64,000 nucleotides of DNA from Marsupella aquatica. Lineage: Eukaryota > Plantae > Marchantiophyta. Location of the stretch: contig OZ316891.1 of the NCBI GenBank assembly GCA_973895155.1, positions 17,169,995 to 17,233,994 on the forward strand, given 5' to 3'. Shown in pieces: positions 47,398-62,100 of this stretch. Every line of letters starts with the position of its first letter. Within the stretch, counting starts at the first letter, position 1. The position numbers and the translations under genes were made by a program. A model generated the notes under the pieces. It was not told where the DNA came from and ran no database searches. It was given only the letters and a program-made list of their open reading frames with translations.

Positions 47398-48554
47398 TGC
47401 TAGAATACCGAATGTAGTGTGGAGTCGCCTTCCGACAAGAAATAAACGTTGAATGCTCAGATGTGGGGTATGAAAATAAGGCAAAAAATGAAAGTTGGTG
47501 AATTTTGAAACTGATCACTCTTGTGTGTACCCCACAAGGTAACGCTCCAAATTCTGAAAATGGTTTGTCAAATGGACTCTCGAGTGCCGAGAATTTTTTA
47601 CTTCGACCGAAAGGGGGTAAAAGATGAAATAATTACCCCTCAAGGGAATCTATTATGCCAAAAATTCCACTAGTATACTTTTTCAAAATTGAATGCACCA
47701 ATACTTGCCTAGCTTCCCCAAGTACGCCTCTCCAAAAGTTGAAGTTGATCTGATTTTGTTTGCCCCTCGAAATCTTTGACGTTCCGTAAAACTTTAAGCC
47801 TCTGGAAAATAATCTTTTTAGGAAATTCCGTCCGCCCTTGTACAGCCCCTGTGGGGGACTTCACAGGGGGCACTTCCCCCTGCCCGAGCCCTGTCAAGCC
47901 CTAAAAGGCCTCCTCAAACTTTTCAACCTCCTCGCGCGCCCGCGCAAGTCGCGACTACTTGCGGCAGAAAGTACCCCTCGGTGGATTCACTCAAATTCCC
48001 ATCTCAGTTTTTGACTAAATCCAATTCTTATTTCAGATTCAAAAACTAGACTTCGAGGGCATCCAGATAGATATAAATAACTCGCAAAAAGGTGGAGTAA
48101 TGAGGGAGAAACAATTCGGTGGAAATGACTGATATTAAGTTATCCGCCATAGCCAAATTTTCGAGCTCAAAAAATGAGAATTGAAATTAAGATTTCTTCT
48201 CAACCGTTTGACGGAATTCTACGATGTTGATATCGAAACGTCTAGAAAGTCAAGGCGCTCAAGCGTATCTTAGTTTCAAGTCCCGATAGAACAATCAAAA
48301 AGACTGATGTGAGAAATTGACCTTATCTCTTGCCCGATAACGTAAATTAAAAACCGTCACTTACAATTGTTTTTGTTTTTGACCTCAGGCCTTCATTGCT
48401 TCACTGAAATGAGCCCCTGGTTGTGTGCTCCACACTTGTGAGAAGATTGAGTTTGATCTTCTTCCAATTGCTCCGCTTCGAAGAGGAAATCATCCGCTGT
48501 TCGCTTTGCTTGAAGCAAGTTCTATGGAGTTCCTAATCGACTAAAAAAATCTGA

Positions 48555-48566
48555 GCTCTGATACCA
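48555..48566 (-). other. Primer-binding site (tRNA-iMet)
   Basis: TGGTATCAGAGC on the minus strand, 2 bp inside the 5' LTR boundary. Confidence 0.93.
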
Positions 48567-48568
48567 AT

Positions 48569-48892
48569 TGTGGGGAGAAATCAGATCAGGAAAAACACTC
48601 CAAACATACACGTGCTCAATAGTTACGTGGTTCGCCCCAAGGTTGGCTACGTCCACGGGAATACAAAGCTTTATAAACGGTTATATGTCTACTCAAGCAT
48701 CACCATAGCTCTCATCTCTTCAAGCTCTCATCTCTTGCTATATCCCTGTGTTCTCTCTTGAGAACTCACTTGTGTGTTCTCACACCACATACAAGTTGAA
48801 GAAATAAGGACCAATCTCTTCAACTAGGATTTACTCTAACCCTAGTTAACATACTAACCATAGTTCAACCCAAGACTGAGTTAACCTCTACA
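48569..48892 (-). repeat. 5' LTR of copia element
   Basis: TGTGGGGAGAAATC...AACCTCTACA, direct repeat of 42863-43186. Confidence 0.97.
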
Positions 48893-51800
48893 GGCTGAGA
48901 GGGAGCTGCACTACAAGGCGTTCATCCATGAGAGTAAAATGCTGGACTTTAAATTGACCGTTAGAGACAGACAACCAAATCTTGATTTTTGGTGAATCCT
49001 CAGTAATGGAATGCACATACTCCATCTGGGCATGCTCGGTGCAATTTGATAAATCAATCGCACTGCAATCTAGGAGAAGCTAAGTTGCAACATCCCAAAG
49101 TTGAGCAGTGATGGGTGGGACCTCCGCATGGATTGCATCTACTAGGCAAACACCAAATCTGAAGGCATAGGTCCCTAGGAGCATGTGGTCACACTTGGGT
49201 CCAAATTCAAGAGATTTGGCACACAAATCAACCTGTTTTTAGTCTATGCAGACAGGCAGAGTACACAAATCGTCAAGGATGAGGATGCGGGGCCACATAA
49301 TTTACTACCCAAGCTACCGAAGGGGGAAACACAACGCTCGCTCCAACAGCCCTTCTGTCCTCCACATCGGCTAGCGAAGTCCATGAAACCATTTTTATTT
49401 CTGCAATCTAGTAGCAGAACTCAGTCGACACACTGGATGTTCCTAGCACAATATCCATGACATGTGACGATAAATATTGTTCTTGCACAAGCTTGGCAAA
49501 TCGGACCTTCACCTGAGAAATTTGCACAAGTTGAACAAGGACTTCTCCTTTCCGTCTTTGGAGCTATACTATGCCGTACTTCAGGAGTCCTCGCTTGATT
49601 GCCTGCAATTGTTCTTGAATAAGAGCGAAGCAAAATCCGTCGCTGTCCTCAGCAATTCAGCGCTCTTGTGAATCCTCTCGCAGCAGCGGATGGATGCGAG
49701 GCCATGGAGTGTTTACAGTCCAAGGTCCAGCTGAGCGCAGATGGATGCGTGGCCACAGTGGATGTCAAGTCCAAACTTGTGCATAAGTCCAAAATAAGCG
49801 CACAGAGTTCACGGTTCGAGGAGCAAGTCCTGTTCGCTACAGTTCACGGGTTATGTCATCTAGTCATAACATACAACTACGGGAGCCTGTTTTGGGCTCC
49901 CGTAAGTTTAGGGCATATATAGTCCGTAATTGCAGGGTTATGGACGGGTGTTAACCCCCCTATCCCCTACTCTGAGACACCCTATGTAGAGTCAAGTCAC
50001 TTTTGTCCATCCTCATTCAAATTTTGACCTTATAGACCCTCATATCAGTTTTGTTTGTATTGGGAGTTATGGTCTAGAGGCCTCACTCTAGACATAGGCC
50101 CGTAAGAGTAGACTTCAATTGGCTCCTTTATAATAAGATGATGAATGGAGGGGCCAGGTGGGGATTGTAATCAATGCATTGCTTGAGATCAAGAGGACAA
50201 AGTTTAGACCACTATACAGGTCAAAATTTTGCCATTACTCATCAGGACCCACCAGTTGCCATGTAGGTTTGGGCATACCAATGCTGAAGTGGCCGCCAGA
50301 AGTTTCTAGAGTCAAGTATGGCCATCCATCTTAAATTCATAGCTTGGATGACATCTTAGTTTTGAAAAGAAAGACTTGTGTCACTCTCTTATCATTTAAT
50401 TAATTAAATGGAAATGGGCAAGCAAGCAGCATCTAAAGAGGGACCCAAGAGATTGAAATAAATGAGTTTGCTAGGAACAGTCACCTGAATTAGTGCCCAA
50501 AGAAGAGGAACAGCTTTTGCCTGGTATAGATTGGAGGGGACATTAAATGTTTATATCCTTCCTCCCAGCCTTTGAGCATCTAGTGGAAAGTTCCCTAAAG
50601 AGGACAGAAGGGAATGGGACAGAAATGTGTTGTGTAGCATCTAGAGGGAAGTGAAGTCAACCCACGATTCTACCTAATCCCCATATACACTATGTTTCAT
50701 GATCAAGTGCACTGTTCATGACCTGCTCCCTAGAGCGAAGCCACAGGCCACAGGCTGAAATTTCTCTGGTACCAGACTGGAGAGTTTTTTTATGTAAACT
50801 ATGTTTAGCCCCGGCTTCTTGGGCATAGGCAAGTGTATTTGGGCATGTAAATCCAAATTAAAAAATATTGTGGCATTCTCCCATATTTGTTTATTAATCT
50901 GTTCGTGTCTTTTTCCTAGAATGATACTATTTCACAATCCTTGCTTGTATGTATTTTGTAATGGTGGCATTACAAGATGTCTGGCCCCATTGTCTTCTTT
51001 CCAGTCAATCTGAAATTATATCTGGACCATAGAATGAGTGGAAATGGCTGCAAATGGCTTACAAGAACTTGTGAGGCCACTCAGGTTCCATGTCTACCCA
51101 TCCTACATGGCAAGGAATGCGCCCAAGTATATCCTGATGTGGAGTGCTTATTTTGTCTCAAGTTTTACCTCCATAGGTGGTCCAAATATTTGCAAGCTTT
51201 GGTTCCTTCCTTCAAGGAATTAGCATTTACTGGTGTTCATTTCAATAGATTTTGGGTTAGGAGTCTCTCTTTAGAACAAGAAGTGACCCTCCAGTTTACT
51301 TTGGTGTTACAAAGTGTCTCCAACATCTTTGAAAAACCATCCTTATACTTCTGCACTCTGCAATGCCTGATCACTTGCCTACATTACTGACGTACTTGTT
51401 TGGGGGGATTTCTAAGGTATGGCTATGCTAAAATTTCATTAATGTCGGTATGATACCAGTCTTCCAATTCAGGTCAAACAGATCCTAGGAAATTCATTTA
51501 TTACAACCCCTTGGGTCCCATTCTTAGATGCTTCCCTCCTGCCCATTTCCATTTAGGCAATAACAGAGAGACCTCCAATTTAGCCTTTTGTGTGCAAATG
51601 GCTTTGTTGAGCCCCACGTTGGGAGGGGGTTTTCTCAGTAGTAAACGAGTGACCTTCAATTTTTCCCAGTGTCAAGCCTTTTATGTGCACAGGGCTTTGG
51701 TGGACCCCACTTTGGGACAGACCAAAATGGTTTAAATTCAGAACCTCAATTGTCACAATGAAGATTGGCACCACTCACTTAGGCTTGCGAGGACAACTAA

Positions 51801-51947
51801 TGTTGTGGAAACTCTTCATGTATGTGGATCCATGTCTTCAACCTTCTATAAGCGAGGACAACTAAAGTTCAGCAAACTTTGCAATTATGTGGATCCCCTG
51901 CTGTCACCTTCTATGAGCTATGGGCCGCATGCTTAAACCACCACTTG

Positions 51948-52182
51948 CCATATAAAAGGAGGAGTGTCCAAACTTCTCCCTTTTTCCCATTCCTCTCCTC
52001 TACCTTGAGGTTTTAATCCTCAATTTCCGGAAAACATACTAAAAATGGTGAAATTTGTGGAACCCCATATAAAAGGAGGAGTGTCCAAACTTCTCCCTTT
52101 TTCCCATTCCTTTCCTCTACTGCGAGATTTTGCTCCTCAATTTCCAGAAAACATACTAAAAATGGTGAAATTTGTGGAACCA
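51948..52182 (+). repeat. ~117-bp tandem duplication, followed by a ~47-bp duplication (52211-52317)
   Basis: ccatataaaaggaggagtgtccaaac...aaatttgtggaacc occurs twice, and agcattgaatggcggg...caataataa occurs twice. Confidence 0.85.
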
Positions 52183-55100
52183 TGTTTTAGTCATGGCTAG
52201 TGGCTGTTTAAGCATTGAATGGCGGGACTCTATAAGCAACAATAATAATTGAGTTGCCTGTAACTAGCAGCATTGAATGGCGGGAACTCTATAGGCAACA
52301 ATAATAATAAGTGAGTTATCAAGGAATGCTCTTCACAATTTCTTCCATGGCTGGCAGAGCAACAATTTTATTGCCGTCCCACACCCTGAAGCTTGGAATG
52401 CTTGCTTGCACACTACTTGTGGCCATTTGTGATCTGTCACTACGCATTCTTGAGCACTTGTTTTTTCTAATGCAGCCGTCACCGCCACTTTCTCAGATTC
52501 TTTGAAGAGAAGATTTGGCAATGACGTATACAATCTGCCTGCATCGGACCTTGGCCTTCTTTGAATGTGAGTAGAGGTGGGGATGATCGTTTGCGTGCCT
52601 GGGAAACTTGACCTGCTGCTTATGGGTTATCCTCGCTTGGCATTGGGGTCCAAAAGTACTTTATCTGCACAGATATAACAATTAGTACTCTGGTTGTGGG
52701 CACCTCTCAGCACAGCACAGTATCACAAAGTAAAGGCCTGAAGACCTGTGAACCCTGGTCGAAGCGTAGGCTTGACACTTCATTAGCAAACTGTAATGGC
52801 TGGCTGCCTGCCTGCATTTGGAACGTGGGCTTGAGGGTGACATCAGTCTCATTGTTACAAAATGCTGACGAGACTCAAATTTATCTCAGGGATGAGCAAT
52901 TTATCCTTCAAGATTCTGTATTGTTTTTAAACGTACATTCTTGCGAGAGTTTGTGAGGAACCTCTTCTCACTTCGAAAGAAAGGAAGGGAACCTCAGCCC
53001 CGACCTTGGTCCCAATTTTGGCCTTGAGCGTAAGAGGTGCAGAACTTTACTGCTCGAATCTTTGTCTTCAAGTGCAATTGCGCGCCGTCGCACATACGGG
53101 CAATCTGAACTTGTCACTTGATTGCGTCTCTTACTAGGTTGGTGAGGACGTATGGCTGTAATCTCTATCAACGCATCTTGGACTTCGAAGCCTCGGAAAT
53201 TCCGAATCCAAATAGTCGCCAACTATAGCTCTGTATGTGGGCACACGCTAGAAGGGCACAAGAGGAAGCTTGTTGACCAAATTAAGTAAGCCAGGAGGTT
53301 TTCGAGGAGCGCTCCTGAGGGAGATGAGAGAGAACTCAGAGAGCTAGCTGGACGTAGGCGAGATTGTCTCTGTTGGAGAATTTTGTTGGGTTGTGGACGG
53401 GGCCAGCATCTGAGAAGCAAATCTCAGTTGTGGATGAGTTTTGTTTTTTCCTATCTGATAGAGGTGGGTAATTTGACGGAGGAGTTGCAGCCTTGCCTTG
53501 CTTCAGACAAGGACCATGAACGCTTCTGATTTGGACTGCACGGTCCCTGACTCACTGACTGCCTCATTGACTGACTTTATACCACCTAGGGATTGCCGAT
53601 TTGGGGATGGCTGGCTGACTTGTTACTGGCCCTGCTGTTCTGCTATTAAACGAGAACAAAGTCTTTGCACCATTGCCACTACACTACAAGGTTCGTCCAG
53701 TTCGGCAATTGAAGTGAATAATTGGCACCTGTGCGCCAAAAGGAAAGGTACCTGGGCCAGCCAGCCTTCCCCCATTCGGCTCCCAGCTGGGCAATTCCGC
53801 AGCGATGACAGAGGGATGGACAGGGATGGACAAGCAGCAGTATTTGGAGTGACGTGCATCTGACGACGAAGGAGTCAAGAATCCTATCTCTGACAGCCTA
53901 GATTTTTTAATTTGACTGCTTCTTCGTAAACCCAAATTTCCAGCCTCCTTCCATCCTTCCTTGCCCTCGTCCTTTCCTTCTTCCTTCCTGGCTCTGCTAT
54001 TCCAGAGGGACCTTTCCTCTCACCATCTGATGTGGTCTCGGACCTTTTCAGCTTCTGCTCAGAGACACTCCCGGGACTGCCGGAGCCGTGTCCTCTTCTC
54101 TCCTTCCAGAATGCTCTCCTTTCATTCATGTTGCGCTGAGTCGTATCTTTGCTCCCCCATTGGTTACTCTGACACCTCGCCTTTCATTTACACTGATTGA
54201 TTGGAGTGTCGATCTTCGGACCCTGACCAAAGTCTCCCGCTCCCTTATCTTTTGCTGCTGCTGCTATTGCTGCTGCTTTGGCGTCTCCCGTGGTGCTTCC
54301 ATCTCGTTGTATGGCTTCATCTTCTTCTGCAGCTGATGCGGTTGGGGTGCGGTGAATCAACCCTGTTTATATATATGCTATGACTGTTGTGCACTTCGAT
54401 TTTGTTTCAATACTTCAGTACTGCCACTAGCACGCGAGGAGTAGGTGTCATCTCTGGATATGTGGCTGCGGCCAAAGAAATGGCGTGCCTCATATCAAGG
54501 CGTGGGTACTCTGCCTCTCTCCCTGTTTCATATCATACTCTTCACTGCTGGAACTGGATCGATGTGTATTCTCACTGCCTACCCTCTGAAACTGGATCGA
54601 TATGTACTCTCCCTGCCGACCCTGTTCTAGATGGGCTGAATCCTTGCCGTAGTAAGTTTTGCCTCCAGTGGCCTCCATGGTTTCATAAGTGGGCAACTCA
54701 GTCAATTTTTGACAAGCAATTAACTGCCTAAGCTGATTTTTGTGGGCCGTGTAGTTCATTCAATGTCTCTTTCTCTCATCCACGAGTTATAGTCCGCTTG
54801 ATAGTTTTATGCAGTTGCACAAGCGAGAGATACTCTCACTTTGAATAGAGAAGGCGAATTTTCGGCGAGTCTTGAGCTGGGATGTTTGCAAATGGCCTGA
54901 TGTGTTAGGTTTTTCGAGAAATCTTGCTGTTTCTTGAGCTTGGCCTGCAGCAAGAAATCCTCTCGTTTCGTTTGTAAATTGTGCAGGGCAGGGTGATTTC
55001 TTCCACTTTCTTTGATCAACCATTACTGCCAGTCGGCTCTTTGGATCCCGGCTGGTATCCTGCCAGCAACAGGATGAAGTCAATTATCAATTCACTACCT

Positions 55101-56185
55101 TCATGTGAATCCCAACTCCATTGTTTCCTAAAAGAATTCTCATCCATCGTTCCTTAGACTCGTCTCTGGTTATTTGGTTCCTATTGTACAATTGGCCTAA
55201 GGTGGAATTCTTATGGATGGAACATTACAAGCCAACTCTTGACTGAAGCTAACTATTCGGTAAAGGCCGGCGATAGCAAGTTCGCCTGGTCAGACGGGTT
55301 TATGTGCAACTCCCAATTAATATGTCCACTCAGGTTTGATCTTGATGCAAAAGTTTTCTTCTACTGACCTGGTAATTGAGGTTAAAAAGGCTGAGAGTAG
55401 TACTGTGTGTTTCCTGGTGCACAGGAATTGATGCTCCTCATAAGTTATACCCCGATTACAATATTGAAATAATCTATCCTCTCTGAAAAGTGTAGGTTCT
55501 CCCCGAACTGTCCTTAAAATATTTGCCAATTTAATTTTAAGCCGTCAGAGGGAGCCTGTGCGACGTCTTTGAATGACTACAAGAGATGATGGCCTCCGCG
55601 GAGGGGTATGGTTTCCGCAGTAGGGCTGGCTATGCTGCATAGCTCATTGTTGACATGCGTTGCCTACAATATCTCCCTCCCAATTGACTTGTCTGGTGCT
55701 GCCTCTTACGCGTGCAAACGATGTCACCGCTGCGACTGTACGCCTTGGGTCTCACAGCAGGGAATTAAATTTAGCCTTCCACCTGCAGCTATCAAACTGA
55801 GCAGGACTGGCGTGATGAATTTTGAAGTTTAGCAGAAATTGCTGGAGAAGAAGTCGGTTGAAGAAAAGATGATGCCACTGTCAACACAGAAGAAAAACCA
55901 CATGCTACCAGATTACCATTAATCTAACTGAAGTGTGAACCGCATGAATAAAAATAATTAATTTAATACTTGCTCTCGCTCTCTTTGATGACTCCATGAG
56001 GGTATTACACCCGCCATCTGAAACAGGCTCTATGGGGGGAAGACTACAATAGAAGTTCTAGAATTTGTTTTGGGTGTTATTGCAGCCAGAGTACGCTGCC
56101 ACATTCATTCATTCAAGTCTGTCTTCCCATTTTAAATTGGCTGTGTCCTGATTGATGAACTGATGCCGGGGGTCGTGACACACAG

Positions 56186-59100
56186 GATCCCATACCAGAG
56201 CCAGTGGTGGAGTCCTTTGACCAAATTACTTCGGAGCTTGAGTGGAATCGTCTTCTTCTTCATGGCTCTGTGCCAATTCCACGCTACAAGGTTCACCCTC
56301 TACTTATTGCTGCTTGTCTCTAAAACGAGTCAGGGAGCGATTTGAAATCTTTTGATTCTAACAAACTAGAATGACTCTCAGTTGTTACTCCCAAGATCCT
56401 ACTTACAATATACGAAGTCCAACTCTGAAAGTGGCTGAAGTGCTTTGTCTTGAAGCTCTGTATCTTGGGATATGAGAAAAGTTGCCAAATAAATGAGCTA
56501 TGCAGCACCCTTGAACTAACTGTTGTGGATAATGTCGACGACCAGTGAAAGCAGGAGTGTTGAGTAGTAGGAAACCACTTTTGAGTCCGAAGGTGAAATT
56601 GATAGTTTAAGGTTTCAAGTTCATCAATTGTTACTGGTCCTAAACTGCATTGTTGGAAGCTGCCAAGGCAACAATGAAGGAGTACTCACTAAACCTGGAC
56701 AGCGTACTTAGTTTCAGGTCCACTCAGAAACAAATAGACTGTAAGTGGAACTTTCAATTCCACAATAAATGCTAATGAGCAAGGCAGGCCTCCGTAAATA
56801 TATGTTTCAGCCCAAGCAAAGTCTAAACACTCACTTACCTGAATGGATGCCAAGAAAATGGCCGGAGCGTAGCTGGTTCTTCCAACGATGGACAGAGCTT
56901 TGACAAGTCCTGACCTTTTGCAGCATGCAGCAGTAGCTGTTGGCCGACGAATGTTTGTCACTGGGGGAACTTCACCTCCGGGAAACCTGAATGATGTCCA
57001 GGTACATAATATAACAGTGGACAATAATTCGAGTATTAATGGGATGAGGAGGATCGGTGTGGACTGTTACGTTGTGCAATTGCTCCTTCCCATTGCATAA
57101 TTCTTGATGTTTCTTATCAAACAGTTGATGGAGCAAAAGACTAAGTTTGAATAATTGCCTTGTTGATAGGTGTTTCATTCGGAGAGGCTCACATGGGAGT
57201 CACTAAGCTGCCAGTCTCCCTTGTCTGATCTGCAAGTTCCTCGAGGGGAGCAGCATGATCCACCTTGTCCTAGCTGTACTGGTCACAGCCTGGTAAGCCA
57301 ATTTACTTTACTCACCATTCGAATAGTTTTCTGGATTCTAGCATTTTCCTCCAGCATTGTCCCTCTGAGAAACTGTGAAGCGGTCCATGACTGTGACCAA
57401 TTGAGAAATGGATGTTGATACCGGAATGTGTTCTGAAGGTGTTTTGGGACAAGCAATTGGTGTTCGTTGGATGTCAAACAAAATCTGCATCCAAAACGGT
57501 CTCGGGTACGTTTTACAGCCTCGCGTCCTGTCTTTTGTGACAGGCCTGGATAACGGATGAATTCTGCAGGTCATTGACAGTTAATGAGTTTTCCTTTTGA
57601 CAAAACTAGAGTGCCGGCTCTTTTGGATGAAGACTGATTGGATTTTTGCACATGTTGAGGTTTTGGTATGCGACGTGTGTACCCTGTATCTAAGTAAAGA
57701 TGGTTGCGCTGATTTGCATTGCGTTCAAACCACATAAAATGCCTGGTCTCAACTTCTGTACCTTCTCTATGCTGATTACAGTGTATAGGCCCAGGGAGGC
57801 AAATTAGATATGAGATTCAATACGGCTCTGACCCAACAACTTCAGAAAAGCTTGACCCTCTCCGTATAATTTGCAACTGCTGGAATGTACATTTTAGTGG
57901 AGAAAGTTCTCATTTAAAAAAAATGTTGAATCTGAGTAAACGAACGAAAGGTTGTAGAGTGTCTGTCTGACGTTTCGATCATCAGTTAAGTTGTAAGTAC
58001 TTATCCATGGACGATTTGGACTGACTTGCAGTGTTTTCGATGAGTTTGAATTCCCGCCGATGGTCCCCCCTTTCTCCTAAACTCAATGTTCCGGTAAGTC
58101 CTAGCTTCCCTTCCCTTATATTGCATTTCTTTCAACATCTGTGAGATCTTTCTATTTGAGCCATTCACAAGCCTCAGGTCGCAACAAACACTTTCATTGG
58201 AAAGTCCTGAATGCATGCTATTCTAGAGTATCATTGATGTTCTGCCAATAGAAACTTTGTTTCTTGTTCTGTATGAAGTCTGCGCGAACTGGACATACTG
58301 TTATCCAGATGGGTTCCACGCTCGTCTTATTCGGCGGTGAAGATATGAAGGGACACACCCAAAATGACATTCATGTTCTCGAGTTGAAGACTCTCGTATG
58401 GCTTCCTCTGGAGACAAGGTATGGCCGCCGATTAGTTTTTACATTTGAGATCTAACAATAGGAGGTTTTAATCTTGCTAGCCAAGGTTTGATACGATTCT
58501 TGTGGGATCTATACTGGTTCAGCTATCAAGGTTTATTTTCAAGTTGGATCAGAAAATTTCTTTACATGAGAATAGGAACTGACCAGCTGTAGTTAGACAT
58601 TGCACATATCTGATGTATTGCCATAATTGTGATTGTGAAGTGGAACGAAGCCGTCTCCACGGAGAGATCATGCCGCCGCCTCTTCGTCCAGATGTCTTTG
58701 GATTTTTGGTGGCAAGTCAAAAACAGCATATTACAATGACACGTACTGCCTGGACTTTAACAATGTATGTCAAATCTATTCTATTGCTTGAATGTCTGGT
58801 TTTGAGACTTTCATCTGTTGTGAAGCTTCTGAGGAATCTTTGCATGATTCCCAAACTTAAGGTACCCACAAAAATGTTCCCCTGTATGTACTTGTTTTGA
58901 AAGTGCAAACCTGTTGGAAGGCGACCTCACACGGTTTGATTTCCTTTCAGATGGAGTGGACTAAAGAGAAGACGAAAGGCCCAATTCCAACGGCTCGAGC
59001 AGGTCATTCAGGAACTGTAGCTGGGAATAAGTGGTACATTGTAGGTGGAGAATCCAGAGGAAATGGTTGGTGGCATTGTGTTGCGGCTCAAAGCTTATTG

Positions 59101-62100
59101 TGTACATTTTCATGTTTTCATAAGAGAAGGAAAATTCATCAGCTTCGCTAACAAAACAGCATGCATCCACTTGCTGTGAAAGGATTAAGAGTGCTAGGCA
59201 TGAATACAATAATAATCCAGAACTCTGGCTATGCATTTCCCTGCTGAATTCTCAGTTTGGGTTTTGGAATTCGCAATGTTTCTCTTGACATGATCTGGAA
59301 CAAATTGTCCATTGGCCTGAGAAAGAAATACATAAAAGAATATATACGACAATGTTCCTATGACTGAACTACCGGGACAAGGAGTAAAACAGAATACAAG
59401 TGCCGGAACTGCCGAGCTTGGTCAGAACTTTACTGACACTTGACTCTTTTCTTCTGCGTGTTGCTCTTGCAGAAGTACTGAAGACGCTAGTCTTTAATCT
59501 GGATACACACGAATGGTTACAGTTTGCTAATATACGATCTGGTTCACCTCTAGCCCATGAGGTGTGTTGAGTCTGACCCTGCCAAGTTTTTTAGTCATTG
59601 TCCTCTCTATTCTCCAACTCTGGTGCTGACCCTACTGTATGAGGTTTAAAAGGCAAGCTATAATATGGCGCCATACCCGGGATTCTCTGTATTTCCCTTC
59701 ACTTTAACGGTGTGGGTTTCTCTCTATCAGGCCTGTGGTTCCGGTAATACCTGTTCTCAGACACAAGACCCTTCTTCACTATCTGAGACTGCTGTATTGC
59801 TCTGCAGGGCATCAGTTTGGTAGGAATGCAAAGCAATGGGAGGAATTTCGCTGTAGCTTTTGGAGGCCAGGATTCAAAGCCTAGCAATCTGGTATGGAGT
59901 ATTGTTGCAATTCAGTCTTGTCCGGAAGATGACTATCCCTGCCAACTGCGTTATGAAATGTCATTTTGGCTTAACTTTATCCCAAGTAAAAAGTTTAAAT
60001 ACCCAACGGGAACGCCCTGACCTTTCTGATTTGTCTGAATCTGTCTTGTTTCGATGTCCAATCAGATGTACGTACTGTTGCTACCTTCAACCAATGAGAT
60101 TATGGCAGAAACCATGTCAGACATATCATCTGATCGCTCAGATTCCTTCGACGGTGTAGACTCTGTGAAGCCTACGGTTAGGGGTTCCGAATCTCCTCCA
60201 TCTGTCAGAACGTCAAACGCTTCTAGCGTCGATGGAAGTTTAGCTGAGTCGACATTTGACCTTGACCTGGGAGAACTTCGATGTGGCGAGGAACCAGGTC
60301 CTGATGGCTTTGAGGTATGGAGTAAACAGAATTTTTGGCCGTAGAGAGTCCTCAAATAATAAGGCCATAGGATACTATCTTACACTTATATGGCCAGTGT
60401 GCCCCTCACCATTCTACTGAACATTTATGAGCTGTTCTTTTTTAAAGATAGTCCGGTGAATATGTCCAGGCATATTCTTGATAGACTAGCAATTGAGCTG
60501 AAAATGTTTTGGGCATCTGACAGGAGGTCGCCAACCCTCTGGGAAACAAGGAGACGATCCTTGTCACACAGGCTGCTTCTACCACCACTAATGAGGATGA
60601 GGCAGACGATGAGACAGACAGGCCAAGTCACGAAGAAGGGGTACATCCGGTACAAATAGAGGAAAAGTTATCGTCACCAGCCACGACGTCGGGAGATGTG
60701 TATCACAAGGGGAACCTACGGTTTGTGTCTACCTCTAAAAATCTTGACCCCGATCCCCCAAATGGCATGCATGAGTCTGACATCAGTGGAGACCTGAATG
60801 AAAGGCTGTTAGTGGCTTTGAAACTCAACGAGGATCTTCAAAACAGGCTTGTGGAAACCCAAAATGCCATGGTGGAATTAGAACAAGCCTTGCATGAGAG
60901 TATGATGGAAACAGACGATCTTGAACTGAAGGTCTTGAATCTCGTGCAGTCCAAAGCAGAAGAAGATTGGAAACTGGAAGAGGCACGAAAGAAGTTAGGG
61001 GAACTGGAGAGGAAACACAATTCACCTTCAAGGATACAACCAGATACAGATTCAAAATCCCAATCTACGTCAAGAGAAGAAGAAAGGATTCCAAAACGAA
61101 ATTCATTACGTACAAAGTTATTTGAAGAGTCTGCCTTTAATTTAGACACAGATACAACTTACGAAACCCACAGGCGACTAGAAGAGGCAGAAACTAAACT
61201 TTCAGCTCTTCAAAATAGTCACCATCTGATAGAAAGTAAATTTCAAACTGCAACAAGGGAAAAGCGTGAGTTGAGCGAAAAGGCAGCGACTGCAACGCAG
61301 AAGCTGGAGGAAGCTCGGTCAATCAACAAAAATCTTCGAGCTGAAAAGCTTCAGTTGGAACAGGCATTACTGGCGGTGAAATCAACCCTCGCAGACACAC
61401 AAGAGGTACGAAAGATTCACCATCCTTAATTTCGAGCAGTATGTGGGTGGAAGTTTGTAGAGTTTCTTGGCGGGTGGTTGGAGATTCAAATCCTATTAGA
61501 TTTTCCTCTTTCAAAACACTTTCATGGTTAAGTTTGGAACTGATCTTCAGCGTATCTATTATCCGCATATAATTGCAGCTTTGTGATGAGTTTAAGTTTT
61601 GGCTTCGGAGAATATCATGACAAGCTTTGATGAGTCTATTAATGCAGAGAGCCATTATGAGTATTAAATGGCATTGCTTCTCCGGCTATGTGGACCGGAG
61701 TTTATAAGTGCTTATTTCAGATGTGCACCTTATGTGACTCTTGGAATGGCCTGGGCGAAAGGGACTGTTTTCTTCTACTGAAGTTCAGCCTAACCGAACC
61801 TGATTCATGGCTACACAATGTGACCATGCAGGAGTTGGAGGGCAAACAAAGAGAGCTAGAACAAGCAACAGCCCGAAATGATGAACTACAGGTATTCGTT
61901 GTTGTGTGGTCTGCTTGGCAAGAAGTTGACATGACAGCGATTTGACCTGGCCATGGTGTTGAGATTGAATGATTTCATATTGCATTACTGGACCTGCCAT
62001 GCTATGATGTCATGAAATTCTCTTGCTACGCACAGTGATTAGATTCATGGCTTGAATAAGGGGAATTGCAAAGCCCGTGGGGACCGAATCCTTCAGGGAC

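Larger units (their letters stand above)
42863..48892 (-). mobile_element. Full-length Ty1/copia LTR retrotransposon (6030 bp)
   Basis: Paired 324-bp TG...CA LTRs, PBS, PPT, near-TSD GGTTG/GGCTG (42858-42862, 48893-48897), and gag-PR-INT-RT-RNaseH order. Confidence 0.97.

Noticed and set aside
53498-55832. Short ORFs upstream of the Kelch gene as separate genes
   Set aside because: No domain signal. More likely promoter, 5' UTR and intron sequence of the Kelch gene, whose first exons were not resolved.
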